From the IMG/VR virus record IMGVR_UViG_3300045988_146982, positions 1 to 64,000 of that record: 64,000 nt of DNA; one strand, written 5' to 3'. The stretch is from a virus. Both the position numbers and the translations under genes were made by a program. The notes under the pieces are model-generated. The model searched no databases. It worked only from the letters and a program-made list of their open reading frames with translations, and was not told the DNA's origin. Shown here in pieces: positions 1 through 9,800 of the stretch (its first letter is position 1; each line of letters starts with the position of its first letter).

Positions 1-65
1 CTGCATAAAAAAAACTGCATTTCTACGAATATATTTGAGCAAAATTGTATAGTAGTTTATTCACT

Positions 66-1298
66 ATGGCAACAATCAGATTAACAGTTTTAAATTCCAT
101 TAAGGAATCAAATGGGAAACTTCCGATTCTTATCTGTATTTCTCAAAAAAAAGACCGTGCATACATTAAAACAGAATTCTTACTTGATGATATTTCCGAA
201 TTTGAAGACGGGCGAGTTGTGTACAGAAAGGATGCCGGAATTATTAATAAACGCATACAGTTTGTATTCTCACAATATAAAGAGAAGTACGACTCTATTG
301 CAGATTTGGAATTCTTGTCAGCTTCACAAATCAAATATGTAATTACAGCAAAAGAACGCCCTCCTTACATATCATTCATTGAATATTGGAAAAAGAGGAT
401 AGCAGATTTTAGGAAAGATGGCAGGGAAAGCTATGCTAAAATGAACGAGGATACAATTAAACTGTTCATTAAAGCAGAAGGAGATATACCTATACCAGCT
501 ATAAATTATAAAATAGTAGAACATTTCAATAAATGGATGATTACGCATGAATATGCAGACGGAAATATAGGGATTAGACTAACCCATTTGAAAGCACGTA
601 TCAATGAACTTATAAGAGAAAGTGTATTAAAAGTAGAGGTACATCCCTTTGCATATACAAAAATTCCGTCTGCTACTCCAAAGGAATGTGACCTATCTAT
701 AGAAGAATTCAGGAAAATATTGAATGCTGATTTCACAGGGAAAGAATTAAATTTGGCAAGAGATATGTTCTTACTTTCATTTTATCTATGCGGGATTAAC
801 CTAAAGGATTTATTATCTGTGCACTTTGACAATTCTAATTATTTATCTTTTGAGAGGTCTAAGACTTCTCGCTCAAAACGTGGCGACAGCCGATTGACAA
901 TACCTATTCATGCAGTTGCTGCACAGATTATTGATAAATATCTCAAAAAAGGTAAGATTGATTTAGGATATTCTTTTTCTTACCAAAACTTGCAGAGATT
1001 CATAAACAGAGGAATGAAGAAAATGAGAAAATCCTTAGAGATAAATTCCACAGTTTGTTTCTATTCCGCCAGAAAAACCTTCGCCCAATTCGCCTCTGAA
1101 CTTGGTATCCCAGACGGAGTTATAGATTACTGCCTCGGGCATTCGGATAAAAGCAGAGGCGTAATCAGATACTACACAAAAGTCAAGCAGAAGCAAGCGG
1201 AAATAGCAATAAACAGGGTGATTGACTATGTAAACAATCCTGAGAAGTACAAGGATTACATAGAAATGAAAGCAGATATTATGATGATGAAAGGATAA
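66..1298 (+). CDS. int: tyrosine site-specific integrase
   Basis: ORF 45..1298; C-terminal ARKTFAQFASELGIP...LGHSDKSRGVIRYYTK (H-x-x-R plus catalytic Y region); likely start ATG 66 (MATIRL). Confidence 0.85.
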   Translation: MATIRLTVLNSIKESNGKLPILICISQKKDRAYIKTEFLLDDISEFEDGRVVYRKDAGIINKRIQFVFSQYKEKYDSIADLEFLSASQIKYVITAKERPPYISFIEYWKKRIADFRKDGRESYAKMNEDTIKLFIKAEGDIPIPAINYKIVEHFNKWMITHEYADGNIGIRLTHLKARINELIRESVLKVEVHPFAYTKIPSATPKECDLSIEEFRKILNADFTGKELNLARDMFLLSFYLCGINLKDLLSVHFDNSNYLSFERSKTSRSKRGDSRLTIPIHAVAAQIIDKYLKKGKIDLGYSFSYQNLQRFINRGMKKMRKSLEINSTVCFYSARKTFAQFASELGIPDGVIDYCLGHSDKSRGVIRYYTKVKQKQAEIAINRVIDYVNNPEKYKDYIEMKADIMMMKG

Positions 1299-1303
1299 GA
1301 AAT

Positions 1304-1326
1304 AAGGCAGCTTATTGGGCTGCCTT
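1304..1326 (+). terminator. stem-loop after integrase
   Basis: AAGGCAGC-7 nt loop-GCTGCCTT immediately after the stop codon; no strong T-run. Confidence 0.45.
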
Positions 1327-1343
1327 AGGTGCTATGTAAATAG

Positions 1344-1467
1344 AACTGTGTCAAACCTTTAGTTTATTATTTCTTAGTTTAATACTACTCTGAATTCATC
1401 TGATATTCAGATATTTATCCGAAAGTAAAATTTGAGATAATCAGACTTGTTAAGGATTGACACAGTT
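1344..1467. repeat. 11-bp perfect inverted repeat flanking ~100 bp AT-rich DNA (att/arm-site candidate)
   Basis: AACTGTGTCAA (1344-1354) and TTGACACAGTT (1457-1467); inner 7-bp IR TCTGAAT/ATTCAGA (1389-1395/1405-1411). Confidence 0.5.
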
Positions 1468-1471
1468 TAAA

Positions 1472-2068
1472 TTACGATCTCGCCTTAGGTTTTCTCTTTT
1501 GGGATTCATCATATCCTAATTGCCAAAAGTACATATCTACAATCCTCATTGGAGGATACTGCATGTTTCTATCAATCATCAATTGACACTCTTCTATATC
1601 TCTCACATGATTTTTTGCAAATTCATAGACAGAGCTAATGGTGGGTATAGACCCTTCTTTCAGTTTCCATCCATCTACAAAAAAACGGTCAAAAGCCGGA
1701 ATACATCCCAATGTACCCAACAAGACCTTCGTTTGCAGTGTTCTTGAAGCTTTTATAGCAATATTTTCATATCTATTTTTAACTTCATTCATAACCTCTT
1801 GTGCTTTATCTGCTTCAATTACGCAATCACGTCTTAAGGCTAATGGCTTTATATATTCTACTACTGGAATATGAATTTTATAATCTTTTTGTAGTAACTC
1901 AGTGGACCCCCTGTACATTCCCCAGCTAGCAAGATAGAAAGCCAAATGCAAAGCCAAATAGTCTATTGAATTATTAGGATTACCAAAGGCTTCATAACAA
2001 TGTTCCCATGACAGGTAGCGATGATTCTTATTGCATTTCGCAATATATTCTTTAACAATGTTTTTCAT
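1472..2068 (-). CDS. hypothetical protein (int-proximal cargo gene)
   Basis: ORF 1472..2089; probable start ATG 2068 (MKNIVKEY); no motif recognised. Confidence 0.6.
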   Translation of the reverse strand: MKNIVKEYIAKCNKNHRYLSWEHCYEAFGNPNNSIDYLALHLAFYLASWGMYRGSTELLQKDYKIHIPVVEYIKPLALRRDCVIEADKAQEVMNEVKNRYENIAIKASRTLQTKVLLGTLGCIPAFDRFFVDGWKLKEGSIPTISSVYEFAKNHVRDIEECQLMIDRNMQYPPMRIVDMYFWQLGYDESQKRKPKARS

Positions 2069-2149
2069 AAATACTTCATTTTGCAGCAAACATATAAAAA
2101 TGCCCCGACTTTCGCAAGCCGGAGCAGTCCAATTTATAGATTTAAAGTC

Positions 2150-2671
2150 TTATGATGAAGCTTGCCTGTTGCGCCAATGTTTTCGTACCACCAACGTGAC
2201 AACAAGCAAAACGGTTACACAAACACAGGCAAAACCTATTTGTTTAAGCAGCGTGGATTCTTTTTTCTCCTTTACCCCTTCAGTCTTGGTTTCCTCATGT
2301 TTGGTGGAAGTGGTTTCCTTGTCAGCTTTCACCTCCGTACTGTCTTCGGTTGCAGTTTCCTTCTTTTTATTCTTGCTGAAATCACCTTCCACATGTCCGT
2401 CAGCCAGTAACGGAGGTTCCCCGGTCAGGCGGTCAGGTGGTTTTCTTGTATCATAGATACGGAAATCAATCACATAGCTGCCATTAGTGGTTATCAACTC
2501 TCTTAAAGAAGTTGTAGAACCATGTACGATGTTGACCGATTCACGTGTACTATCCTTCAGTACAATCTCTGTGTCAGATTTAACAGCCTTATGCGAGCTG
2601 CCACACGATAGCAGCAGGAACAGACAACACATAAAGGAAACCGGCAATATATGCCGGCTTACCAAATTCAT
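2150..2671 (-). CDS. lipoprotein with C-terminal TM segment, unimolecular-spanin-like
   Basis: Lipobox LLLLSCGSS near N-terminus, C-terminal TM IGFACVCVTVLLVVTLVV; directly downstream of endolysin; start ATG 2671. Confidence 0.55.
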   Translation of the reverse strand: MNLVSRHILPVSFMCCLFLLLSCGSSHKAVKSDTEIVLKDSTRESVNIVHGSTTSLRELITTNGSYVIDFRIYDTRKPPDRLTGEPPLLADGHVEGDFSKNKKKETATEDSTEVKADKETTSTKHEETKTEGVKEKKESTLLKQIGFACVCVTVLLVVTLVVRKHWRNRQASS

Positions 2672-2675
2672 AACC

Positions 2676-3194
2676 CTAACCAACATAAGAGATATCATTT
2701 ATACGGTTCATCCACCCTCTCTTGAATTTGTTGTTCGCAGGACGCTTGCGGCATATATCCTCAATGAAGTCAAACCGTGCAATCTTAATCATGTCGAACA
2801 ACTCACGCGGGTTCTTGGCATTTACCGAAGCAATGGTCTTGGGACCTACAATGCCATCCTCCGTAACACCAAGCAGGCGTTGAGGAATCTTAATGCCATG
2901 AACACCGGATGCCCACACCCAGTCCACAAGAATATTTGCTACAGACTGATTCTGTATCAAATCAGCCTTCCATCTGTCCCAGTACATGGTCTTCAAGATT
3001 TCCGTCCATTCCTCTTTCGTGAGATTTTTCAATCTTTCAACTGTAGGCTTGGAATATCCTTTCTTTCGGCAATATGCCTCATAGGTTCCGATAGTCACAC
3101 CCATATTGGTAGCCCCTCCCAAATCGTCAGGGTCATTTACAAAACCGCCTTCCCACTTTAGGACAAACGGTGCAAGTTTTCTTACGTCAGCCAT
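2676..3194 (-). CDS. endolysin, GH108-type lysozyme with peptidoglycan-binding domain
   Basis: N-terminal [23 protein letters not shown] motif typical of Glyco_hydro_108; ~170 aa. Confidence 0.85.
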   Translation of the reverse strand: MADVRKLAPFVLKWEGGFVNDPDDLGGATNMGVTIGTYEAYCRKKGYSKPTVERLKNLTKEEWTEILKTMYWDRWKADLIQNQSVANILVDWVWASGVHGIKIPQRLLGVTEDGIVGPKTIASVNAKNPRELFDMIKIARFDFIEDICRKRPANNKFKRGWMNRINDISYVG

Positions 3195-3579
3195 TCTTCT
3201 TTTCCTCCTTATCTTTAATTAATGTAGCTCTGCGTGGTGGAATACGACGGCCACATTCGCTGTCAGGCCTGTCACAACGGTTGTGCTCGGCATCTTTCAA
3301 TTGTAGTTCCAGCTCATGGCACTTATGAATCCATGTCAGCTTATCAGACTGTTCGTTACGAAGCTCAACGTATAACGCATCAATCTTGGCGTCACGCTGG
3401 GCGATACGTTCTTCCAGCCAATCAACCTGTTTACGCTCGTTCTCATCCTCCATTGAATCGGCGGACGCATCCTCCTTCCGCGCGTTCGTCTTGCGGTTTA
3501 CCCAGAACGTGACACCCCAGCGGACAGCCTCCAATCCCCCGAAAGCCCCGATTATAGCCAACCAGTCATTTAATTCCAT
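3187..3579 (-). CDS. membrane-anchored coiled-coil lysis-cassette protein (holin or i-spanin-like)
   Basis: N-terminal [24 protein letters not shown] followed by charged coiled coil; 8-nt overlap with endolysin start. Confidence 0.5.
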   Translation of the reverse strand: MELNDWLAIIGAFGGLEAVRWGVTFWVNRKTNARKEDASADSMEDENERKQVDWLEERIAQRDAKIDALYVELRNEQSDKLTWIHKCHELELQLKDAEHNRCDRPDSECGRRIPPRRATLIKDKEEKKNG

Positions 3580-3707
3580 TCCGTCTATTGTTTATCTGAT
3601 TATAAATGTTATTTTTGCATGTGTTTTTCATAACCCAATAGACCTGGCGAGGTCGTTGCATAAGTTTTTCCCTGCTGTCCGAAAAGGCATGCAGGGATTT
3701 TTTTACA

Positions 3708-4220
3708 TTATAAACCTGCAACCAATATGGATGCATAAGTAGCTGACAACGCGGCTATCTCAATCCAAAACATCGGCTTGGTACGCAGGAAATCCGTTAT
3801 GATGCTGTCCGATACGTGGCGGGGCATCATCGCCAACGTATAAATAATGTAGACAAGCCATACCGTCAGGCACCACGGGCAATTACAGGCAACCCACAGC
3901 TGAGAGCCTGCGATACACAAGATAGCCCCGGCGGTATGCACCTTCCCTTCAAACTCATCCTTGAAGTTGGGGGCTGCACCAACCATCAGCATACCTATGC
4001 AGGACAAGAACGCCAAAAACTCGGTATCCGGTTTACTCACTTCCAAGATGGCAGGCATCAGCAGCCCGGCGGTAAGCCACGTCGTTACCATAAACCAATG
4101 CTTGTGTTCCAACTTATAGAACGTGGCACTGATGGAAGCAGGAACGCCCCCTTGTTTGACACATACCGCTGCCGTATAAGCAGCTATCACCAACATTGAT
4201 AAAATCACTAACCAAATCAT
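3708..4220 (-). CDS. multi-pass membrane protein (holin candidate)
   Basis: 170 aa with about 5 hydrophobic segments; first gene of the lysis cluster. Confidence 0.5.
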   Translation of the reverse strand: MIWLVILSMLVIAAYTAAVCVKQGGVPASISATFYKLEHKHWFMVTTWLTAGLLMPAILEVSKPDTEFLAFLSCIGMLMVGAAPNFKDEFEGKVHTAGAILCIAGSQLWVACNCPWCLTVWLVYIIYTLAMMPRHVSDSIITDFLRTKPMFWIEIAALSATYASILVAGL

Positions 4221-4232
4221 AACTTTTTATTT

Positions 4233-4859
4233 TTAAAGATTAAACACTAATTGTTCTGGATAACCCGCTGAATAGTCGAAGAACTTCACTTCCTCTGCTG
4301 TTTCCATTTGTTCGACCTGCGCCGCATGTTCGGCAGTTACATTATAGCATTGCAGGGCATACAGCTCCAACGCTGCAAGCATCTGCAATGCGGTATCTAC
4401 CGGAATAGTGTACTTCACTCCACCAAACCAAAGGTTGGTTTCCGGCTTTCCGGCATCTTTTTCTATGCCAATTGAATTGACCAGTCCGACACGGGTTGCT
4501 TTGTCCAGCCAAATACGATTACCGGCGAGCATGAACGAATTGACGGTCTCCGACCGGTCATAAGCAGCGATCTTGTTTAACATGAACTCTTTGAATACAG
4601 ACGTTTCATTACCGCCTGCAAACCCAAGAGCTTCAAATATAGTTTCCAATTCTTGGGTGGTCATTTCCTCATTCAATCCATACCCGTTTATTCGTTTCAC
4701 AAACTCATCGGCCGTCAGGTGTCCTGTCATTGTTGCCGTGTATGCTTCGTATCCGCCTTCAACCTCCCGGATACCAAAATTCACAGTGGTGTAGATTTGA
4801 TCCACCACTTTGTCAACCACCACTACCGATGGCTTCTCTTCATACTTTTTCTTCTCCAT
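4233..4859 (-). CDS. hypothetical protein downstream of DGR RT
   Basis: ORF 4233..4883; ATG 4859 (MEKKKYEE) avoids overlap with RT stop at 4867. Confidence 0.6.
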   Translation of the reverse strand: MEKKKYEEKPSVVVVDKVVDQIYTTVNFGIREVEGGYEAYTATMTGHLTADEFVKRINGYGLNEEMTTQELETIFEALGFAGGNETSVFKEFMLNKIAAYDRSETVNSFMLAGNRIWLDKATRVGLVNSIGIEKDAGKPETNLWFGGVKYTIPVDTALQMLAALELYALQCYNVTAEHAAQVEQMETAEEVKFFDYSAGYPEQLVFNL

Positions 4860-4866
4860 GATTGCG

Positions 4867-6306
4867 TTAATTTGGTAATACATAATTCAACTCTTTATAC
4901 ATTTTTCTATACCTCTTCCTGATACATACCTTTTCAAAATGACCTGATATGTAAAAGTATTTATAGAATCTGCTCCCGAAGAGCGATAATACCCATTTCC
5001 TGTGGCGGTAGGTCTTAAGCCCTTTGCAGAACCCAAGATAGCTATTCAGGACCGATTCGATGCGGGCGCAATCATTGGCGGTCAGCTCGGTTGTTTCAAT
5101 CATCCGGTTAAAGCCTGTGGCACGTTCCTTGAACCTTGCCAATGTGCGGTTGCTCAAATAACATCTTCCGGGCTTGATATACACGCCTACGAATAAAACC
5201 CCGTGCGACACAGGTTGCAGGTACCGCTTGTCCTTATGCAGCTTCAACAGCAATTTCCCGCCAAGAAATGCTTCAAGTTCCGGTATCACCCCCTGCAATG
5301 CTTTCAAGTCGTCGCATACCAACAGGAAATCGTCCACGAACCTCACATAATGGGAGTTCAACCGCCGTGTCTTCCATATTACATAACTGTCAAAGAAGGA
5401 CATGAGAAAATTGGCAAACAACTGCGTGGTCAGATTGCCTATCGGACCGCCTTTGCCCTCCCCGTTGCGAAGCAGGGATTTGTTTTCGGGCAACTGCCTC
5501 CACAAGGTCGTATCACCGTTGAACACGCAATCCTTTTCCGGGCTGTGCAATACAACCGCCCGTATCACCCTTAAAAGGATTTCCTTGTACCCGCCATGGT
5601 ATTTCCTTTTCGTGAAGCGCAGCAGCATGCCAAGCTGCAACACCCGGTCTATCGACATGAAGAACGAAACCAAATCGCCCTTGAACACCCATGCAGGTCT
5701 GCGGTAGCCGCAGGAAACAGCCTCCATGCCTTGCACAGCACTTAATACGGCTGTTCTGGTGCCGTAACCCTTACGGCAGTTATGTGACACGTTCCCCTGC
5801 GATTCGAACCGCTCTTCAAACAAAGGTTCAAGCCGCAGGCATATCCAATGGTGCACGATACGGTCACGGAAATTGGCAGCAAACACTTCCCTCAGTTTCG
5901 GGTATCTTACAAGAAAACAGGTGGATGTGGACGGTTTGTATGTGCCTGTCCACATCTCTACAGCCAAACAGACAATGTCTTCTTCGGCTATCTGCATATA
6001 CTCGACTGCCTGGCAGGAACTCATCTTCCCGCGTAAGCAGTCCTTATAAGCATCGATAACCGTATCCAGGAAACATTTGAAATCCGTTCCGTATGCTGCC
6101 ACCGCCCGCGCCCTATTACCGTTGTACTTGTTGTTGTTGCTAGTGTTGCCACTGGAGAAGTTCACATACCAACTGTTGTTGCGGCTGTTCTCGGTACTGG
6201 ACCAATACCACGAGGCGGAGACTTCTTGCGTATTTGCATCTTCGTTACTATGGCTTGCCACCATAGTAATACGCCCATTCAGAGGATTTCGCCGTACACT
6301 ATTCAT
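4867..6306 (-). CDS. DGR reverse transcriptase; the ORF includes the template repeat at its 5' end
   Basis: RT motifs GPIGNLTTQLFANFLMSFFD and RFVDDFLLV (YxDD-type); N-terminal AYKDCLRGK like DGR RTs; residues ~30-71 are TR-encoded. Confidence 0.9.
   Translation of the reverse strand: MNSVRRNPLNGRITMVASHSNEDANTQEVSASWYWSSTENSRNNSWYVNFSSGNTSNNNKYNGNRARAVAAYGTDFKCFLDTVIDAYKDCLRGKMSSCQAVEYMQIAEEDIVCLAVEMWTGTYKPSTSTCFLVRYPKLREVFAANFRDRIVHHWICLRLEPLFEERFESQGNVSHNCRKGYGTRTAVLSAVQGMEAVSCGYRRPAWVFKGDLVSFFMSIDRVLQLGMLLRFTKRKYHGGYKEILLRVIRAVVLHSPEKDCVFNGDTTLWRQLPENKSLLRNGEGKGGPIGNLTTQLFANFLMSFFDSYVIWKTRRLNSHYVRFVDDFLLVCDDLKALQGVIPELEAFLGGKLLLKLHKDKRYLQPVSHGVLFVGVYIKPGRCYLSNRTLARFKERATGFNRMIETTELTANDCARIESVLNSYLGFCKGLKTYRHRKWVLSLFGSRFYKYFYISGHFEKVCIRKRYRKMYKELNYVLPN
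6093..6220 (-). repeat. DGR template repeat (TR), 128 bp
   Basis: Aligns with 6832-6959 at offset 739: 116 identities, 12 mismatches, all at coding-strand adenines of this copy. Confidence 0.92.
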
Positions 6307-6767
6307 ACCTTCTCAGTATTAAAACCCTGACGGCTTGTGAAATCGCGCCATGCTGTCAACTGCGCAATCAATTTATCAGATTCGCTGCGGAGTTTGTTGC
6401 ACCTGTCTTTCGACAAGACACCGACACGCTCCAAAATCACAAAATAATTTCGGATAACAAACAGCAAAGACATTGCATTGCTGATGTACCAGCTCCGTTC
6501 TTCCCCTCTCGATTCGTTGGCAAGGGCAACCGATTTACCGACTTCCGACATATCGGAAATCATCAAATCGGTATACCGGCTCAGTTTTCGAGGGCAAGCC
6601 ATCATGATTTGCGCTATCGAAAACATCAGGTTGCTTGCCGCACGAAAGGCAGGAAGCTGGGCGGTCCCCCGTTTCTGTTTCTCTTTCGCGGCGTTGCTTC
6701 GGGCAATCTCTTCACCCGTAAGACAAACGCATTTTTGTTCCTTGTTTTCTGCTGTTTCCTGTTTCAT
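6303..6767 (-). CDS. avd: Avd-like DGR accessory variability determinant (helical-bundle candidate)
   Basis: Small basic helical ORF between target gene and TR/RT; stop TGA overlaps RT-ORF ATG (ATGA at 6303-6306). Confidence 0.65.
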   Translation of the reverse strand: MKQETAENKEQKCVCLTGEEIARSNAAKEKQKRGTAQLPAFRAASNLMFSIAQIMMACPRKLSRYTDLMISDMSEVGKSVALANESRGEERSWYISNAMSLLFVIRNYFVILERVGVLSKDRCNKLRSESDKLIAQLTAWRDFTSRQGFNTEKV

Positions 6768-6784
6768 ATTATAATCTGCTTCAA

Positions 6785-6808
6785 GGCACGCTCCAAAAGG
6801 AGCGCGCC
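6785..6808 (-). promoter_or_regulatory. hairpin with 4-nt loop just downstream of VR and the target stop
   Basis: GGCACGCTCC-AAAA-GGAGCGCGCC: 9-bp stem with one A.C mismatch, 7 nt past stop codon 6815-6817. Confidence 0.6.
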
Positions 6809-6814
6809 GAAAGG

Positions 6815-9800
6815 TTAAAGTTTAAAAGTGAATGCTGCCACCGCCCGCGCCCTATTACCGTAGCACTTGCCGTTGCCGCTAGTGTTGCCACTGGAGAAGC
6901 CCACATACCAACTGTTGCCGCGGCTGCCCTCGGTACTGGACCAATACCACGAGGCGGAGTGCAAGGCAAAAGGATTCGCACCGACATTGATATCCCTTAC
7001 CCGTTTCAGCATGTTTGCGAATAACGGCATCCGCGCTTCGCTTGACGGGTGTTCATCTGCATAGTCCGCTGTCGGGGCCGTGTTTATCTTGAAGCCACGG
7101 CTGCAATTGTGGAAATTGTAGATACGTGCCAATTCACCATTTGCCGGAAGATACCAATTGCCGCTGCGGTACTGCTCATGCACCGCTTCGGCTTTCGGCT
7201 CGTACAACCGGCACATATATGCTGCCGGATAATAGAACTGCCAGTACTTTTTTGCACCGGAATTGGAAGCAGCCAACTCTTTCATCGCCTTGTAAAGCTC
7301 TTCCATGGTTTCCGGCAATGGGACGTCCAGATAATTCAGCAGGATATGGTTGCAGTGCTCAATGATGATGTCCGTTTTCTCCTTCCCGTCAAAGTCATTG
7401 ACAGAACCTGATGTGAGTACGGCATATCCGTCATCCGTATCATCATCCAAGTAGTTATCTTCGTTGATGTAGTTGGAAGATGGTTTACCGTTATTTGGGT
7501 CGGTCGTTTGAGACAGCCCGGTGCTGTTTATATTCGGCATTGCGGTATCTGTCGCTGAAGCAATGCCGGCAGCATTCTGGATGGCATCCTCTATTTCCTG
7601 TGGAAATCCGTTGGTGGCGGAAGCCTCCGGGTACAATCCCCATGGCCAACTTACAACATTCGTATTTTCATCTACCATTATGATATCCTCGGCGGCATCT
7701 ATACGCAGTTCGTACTCGGTATCGCTCTTCTTTGTTCGCATAAATACCACGCCGGCGAGTGTCTTGCTAGGGTCATAGGCATCGTCAAATGTGCCGTCCG
7801 CGTAGGCGAAGTCCCCGATTTCGGGTATACGGTTGAAGAACCCGACCTGCTTGGTCTGTTTCATTACCCTGTTGTCCATCGTGGTTACTTCCACCGTCAC
7901 CGTGAATCTTTCCTTCAATGCCGCATCGCTCAATTTCTTTACATGAAGCACGCCGTTTACAGGATCGGTAAACCCGGCATAAAGCGAGGCTCCATCTTCG
8001 ATAGACCAGTTGACCGCAGCATGCCCGTCCACGATTTTCACGTTGTTGGCACTGGTAGGCAATACGCTGATATGGAATCCGGTGTATTCCCCAAGCGTGA
8101 AAATGTAGTTGTTGCCCTGTATGGATATGGAGTTGATGGCACGGACGGGATAACTGACATACAGCGGATTATCCGTGCTGTCAATATCCCCGTAGCGTCC
8201 TACCAGCTTCATTTTCTCGTCAAACGTGATATACCGGTCGCCAGATGCGTTCATCAGGGCTATGGACCCTGTCAGGACAGATTGTTTGTCACACAGGAAC
8301 ACAAGCATATCCGCCGTGACGGATTCCCATTCAACGGACTTGAACGTCACGCTGCTTAACTCTTCGGTCGCCCCGGTGTACAACTGCGCGGCGAATGCCC
8401 GGCTGTTGAACGCCCCGGCACCTTTCTGGTCGACGTAGACAGTTTGCAGGTTGCCTACGCCTTCGATTCCAGCCGTCTTCAATCCGGGCAGATCATCCAA
8501 ATGCAGCGCGGTCAACTTGGCGGGCAGCTCCAGGTTCTCCAGGCTTCCAGTCTTGGGAAGCGTCACGGTGGAAAGGGCGGTTCCCGACACACCAAGGCTT
8601 TCGGCACGTGTCAGCTTCGACAGGTCCAGTATACCGGCTAACGCTTCCACGCCGTTCAGGTTCAGGCGTTTCAGGTTTGGCGTGTTTATCTTAAAGCTGG
8701 AAGCGTTGAACTCGACAACCTTTATGCCTTCTTCACGTCCGGCGGAAAACTCCGTGAGCCGTTTTCCCGACAGGGCAAATTCCCCGGTCAACGGCTTGTC
8801 ACCCCAATTGCCGATGCTGCTGTAGCAGTCCGGTGCCAGGAGCGCGCAGGGTGTGTCGTTATCCGTTATAAATGATATGGTATAGTTTTCCCCGGCTTTG
8901 ACACGCTGCGGAAGTCCGTACGCTTTCCCGTCATTGTCAGCCCCAAAGCCCAATGACTGCCCGATAGCCACCGCCGGATAAATCCACATGAACGGACGCA
9001 GGTTAAAGGTATAAGTCGGCTGTTTGCCATCTTTTGTGTAGCGGCTGCGGAACGATATGGACTGCGAGCTTGCCACGCTGAAATCGCCATACGAACAGAA
9101 CGAGGAAAGATACACGGTACGCATCTTCAGGTACTGCATCTCACCTTGCAACTGGTCTCCGAGTGATTGCGAGATAGCCGATACGGAGGGTGGATTATAC
9201 AACCCTTCGTTTGCTTTTTGCTCTGCGTATTCGTAGAGTAGCCGTGCCGTCTCGTTATAGGCAACAGCCGGAAAATACTTTTGGATGCGGAAATAGAACT
9301 TCTCGAAACAGCCCATAGGGGAACCGCCTATTTTCGCCATTGCCGAAAATATCGCCTTCATGGTGGAGCGCAGCTCGGCAGGGAAAGCGAGTTCCATGAG
9401 GTTGTAGAACGTGTTCACTTCACCGTTCCAATAGTTCTTTCCGTTTGCGTTCAGGTCGTGTTCTTCCACATAATAGGGCTTGTCCTTGCGCCCGAGATTG
9501 TCGGTCAGGAAAATGGTATCCATGTCATCCTGGGCAAAACATATCAGGTGTGTCTTCGGGTCAAGGTATTGGTATGTGTTCTTTGCCCGGTTGTCACTGG
9601 CGGCAATCAGCTTCATCACCATCATTGTAAATCTGGCATCCGACAGGTTGTAATACTGTCCGATACCGGATTTGAACATTGCCACACGTGCGTTAATAAA
9701 CATCGCGTTCACCTCCTCCCATATCTGGTTCTGCACGGCTTCCGATTCATCGAACCCGGCAAGGTAATCGTTGAGCTGTGTGCGTAAGTTCAATTTCTCA

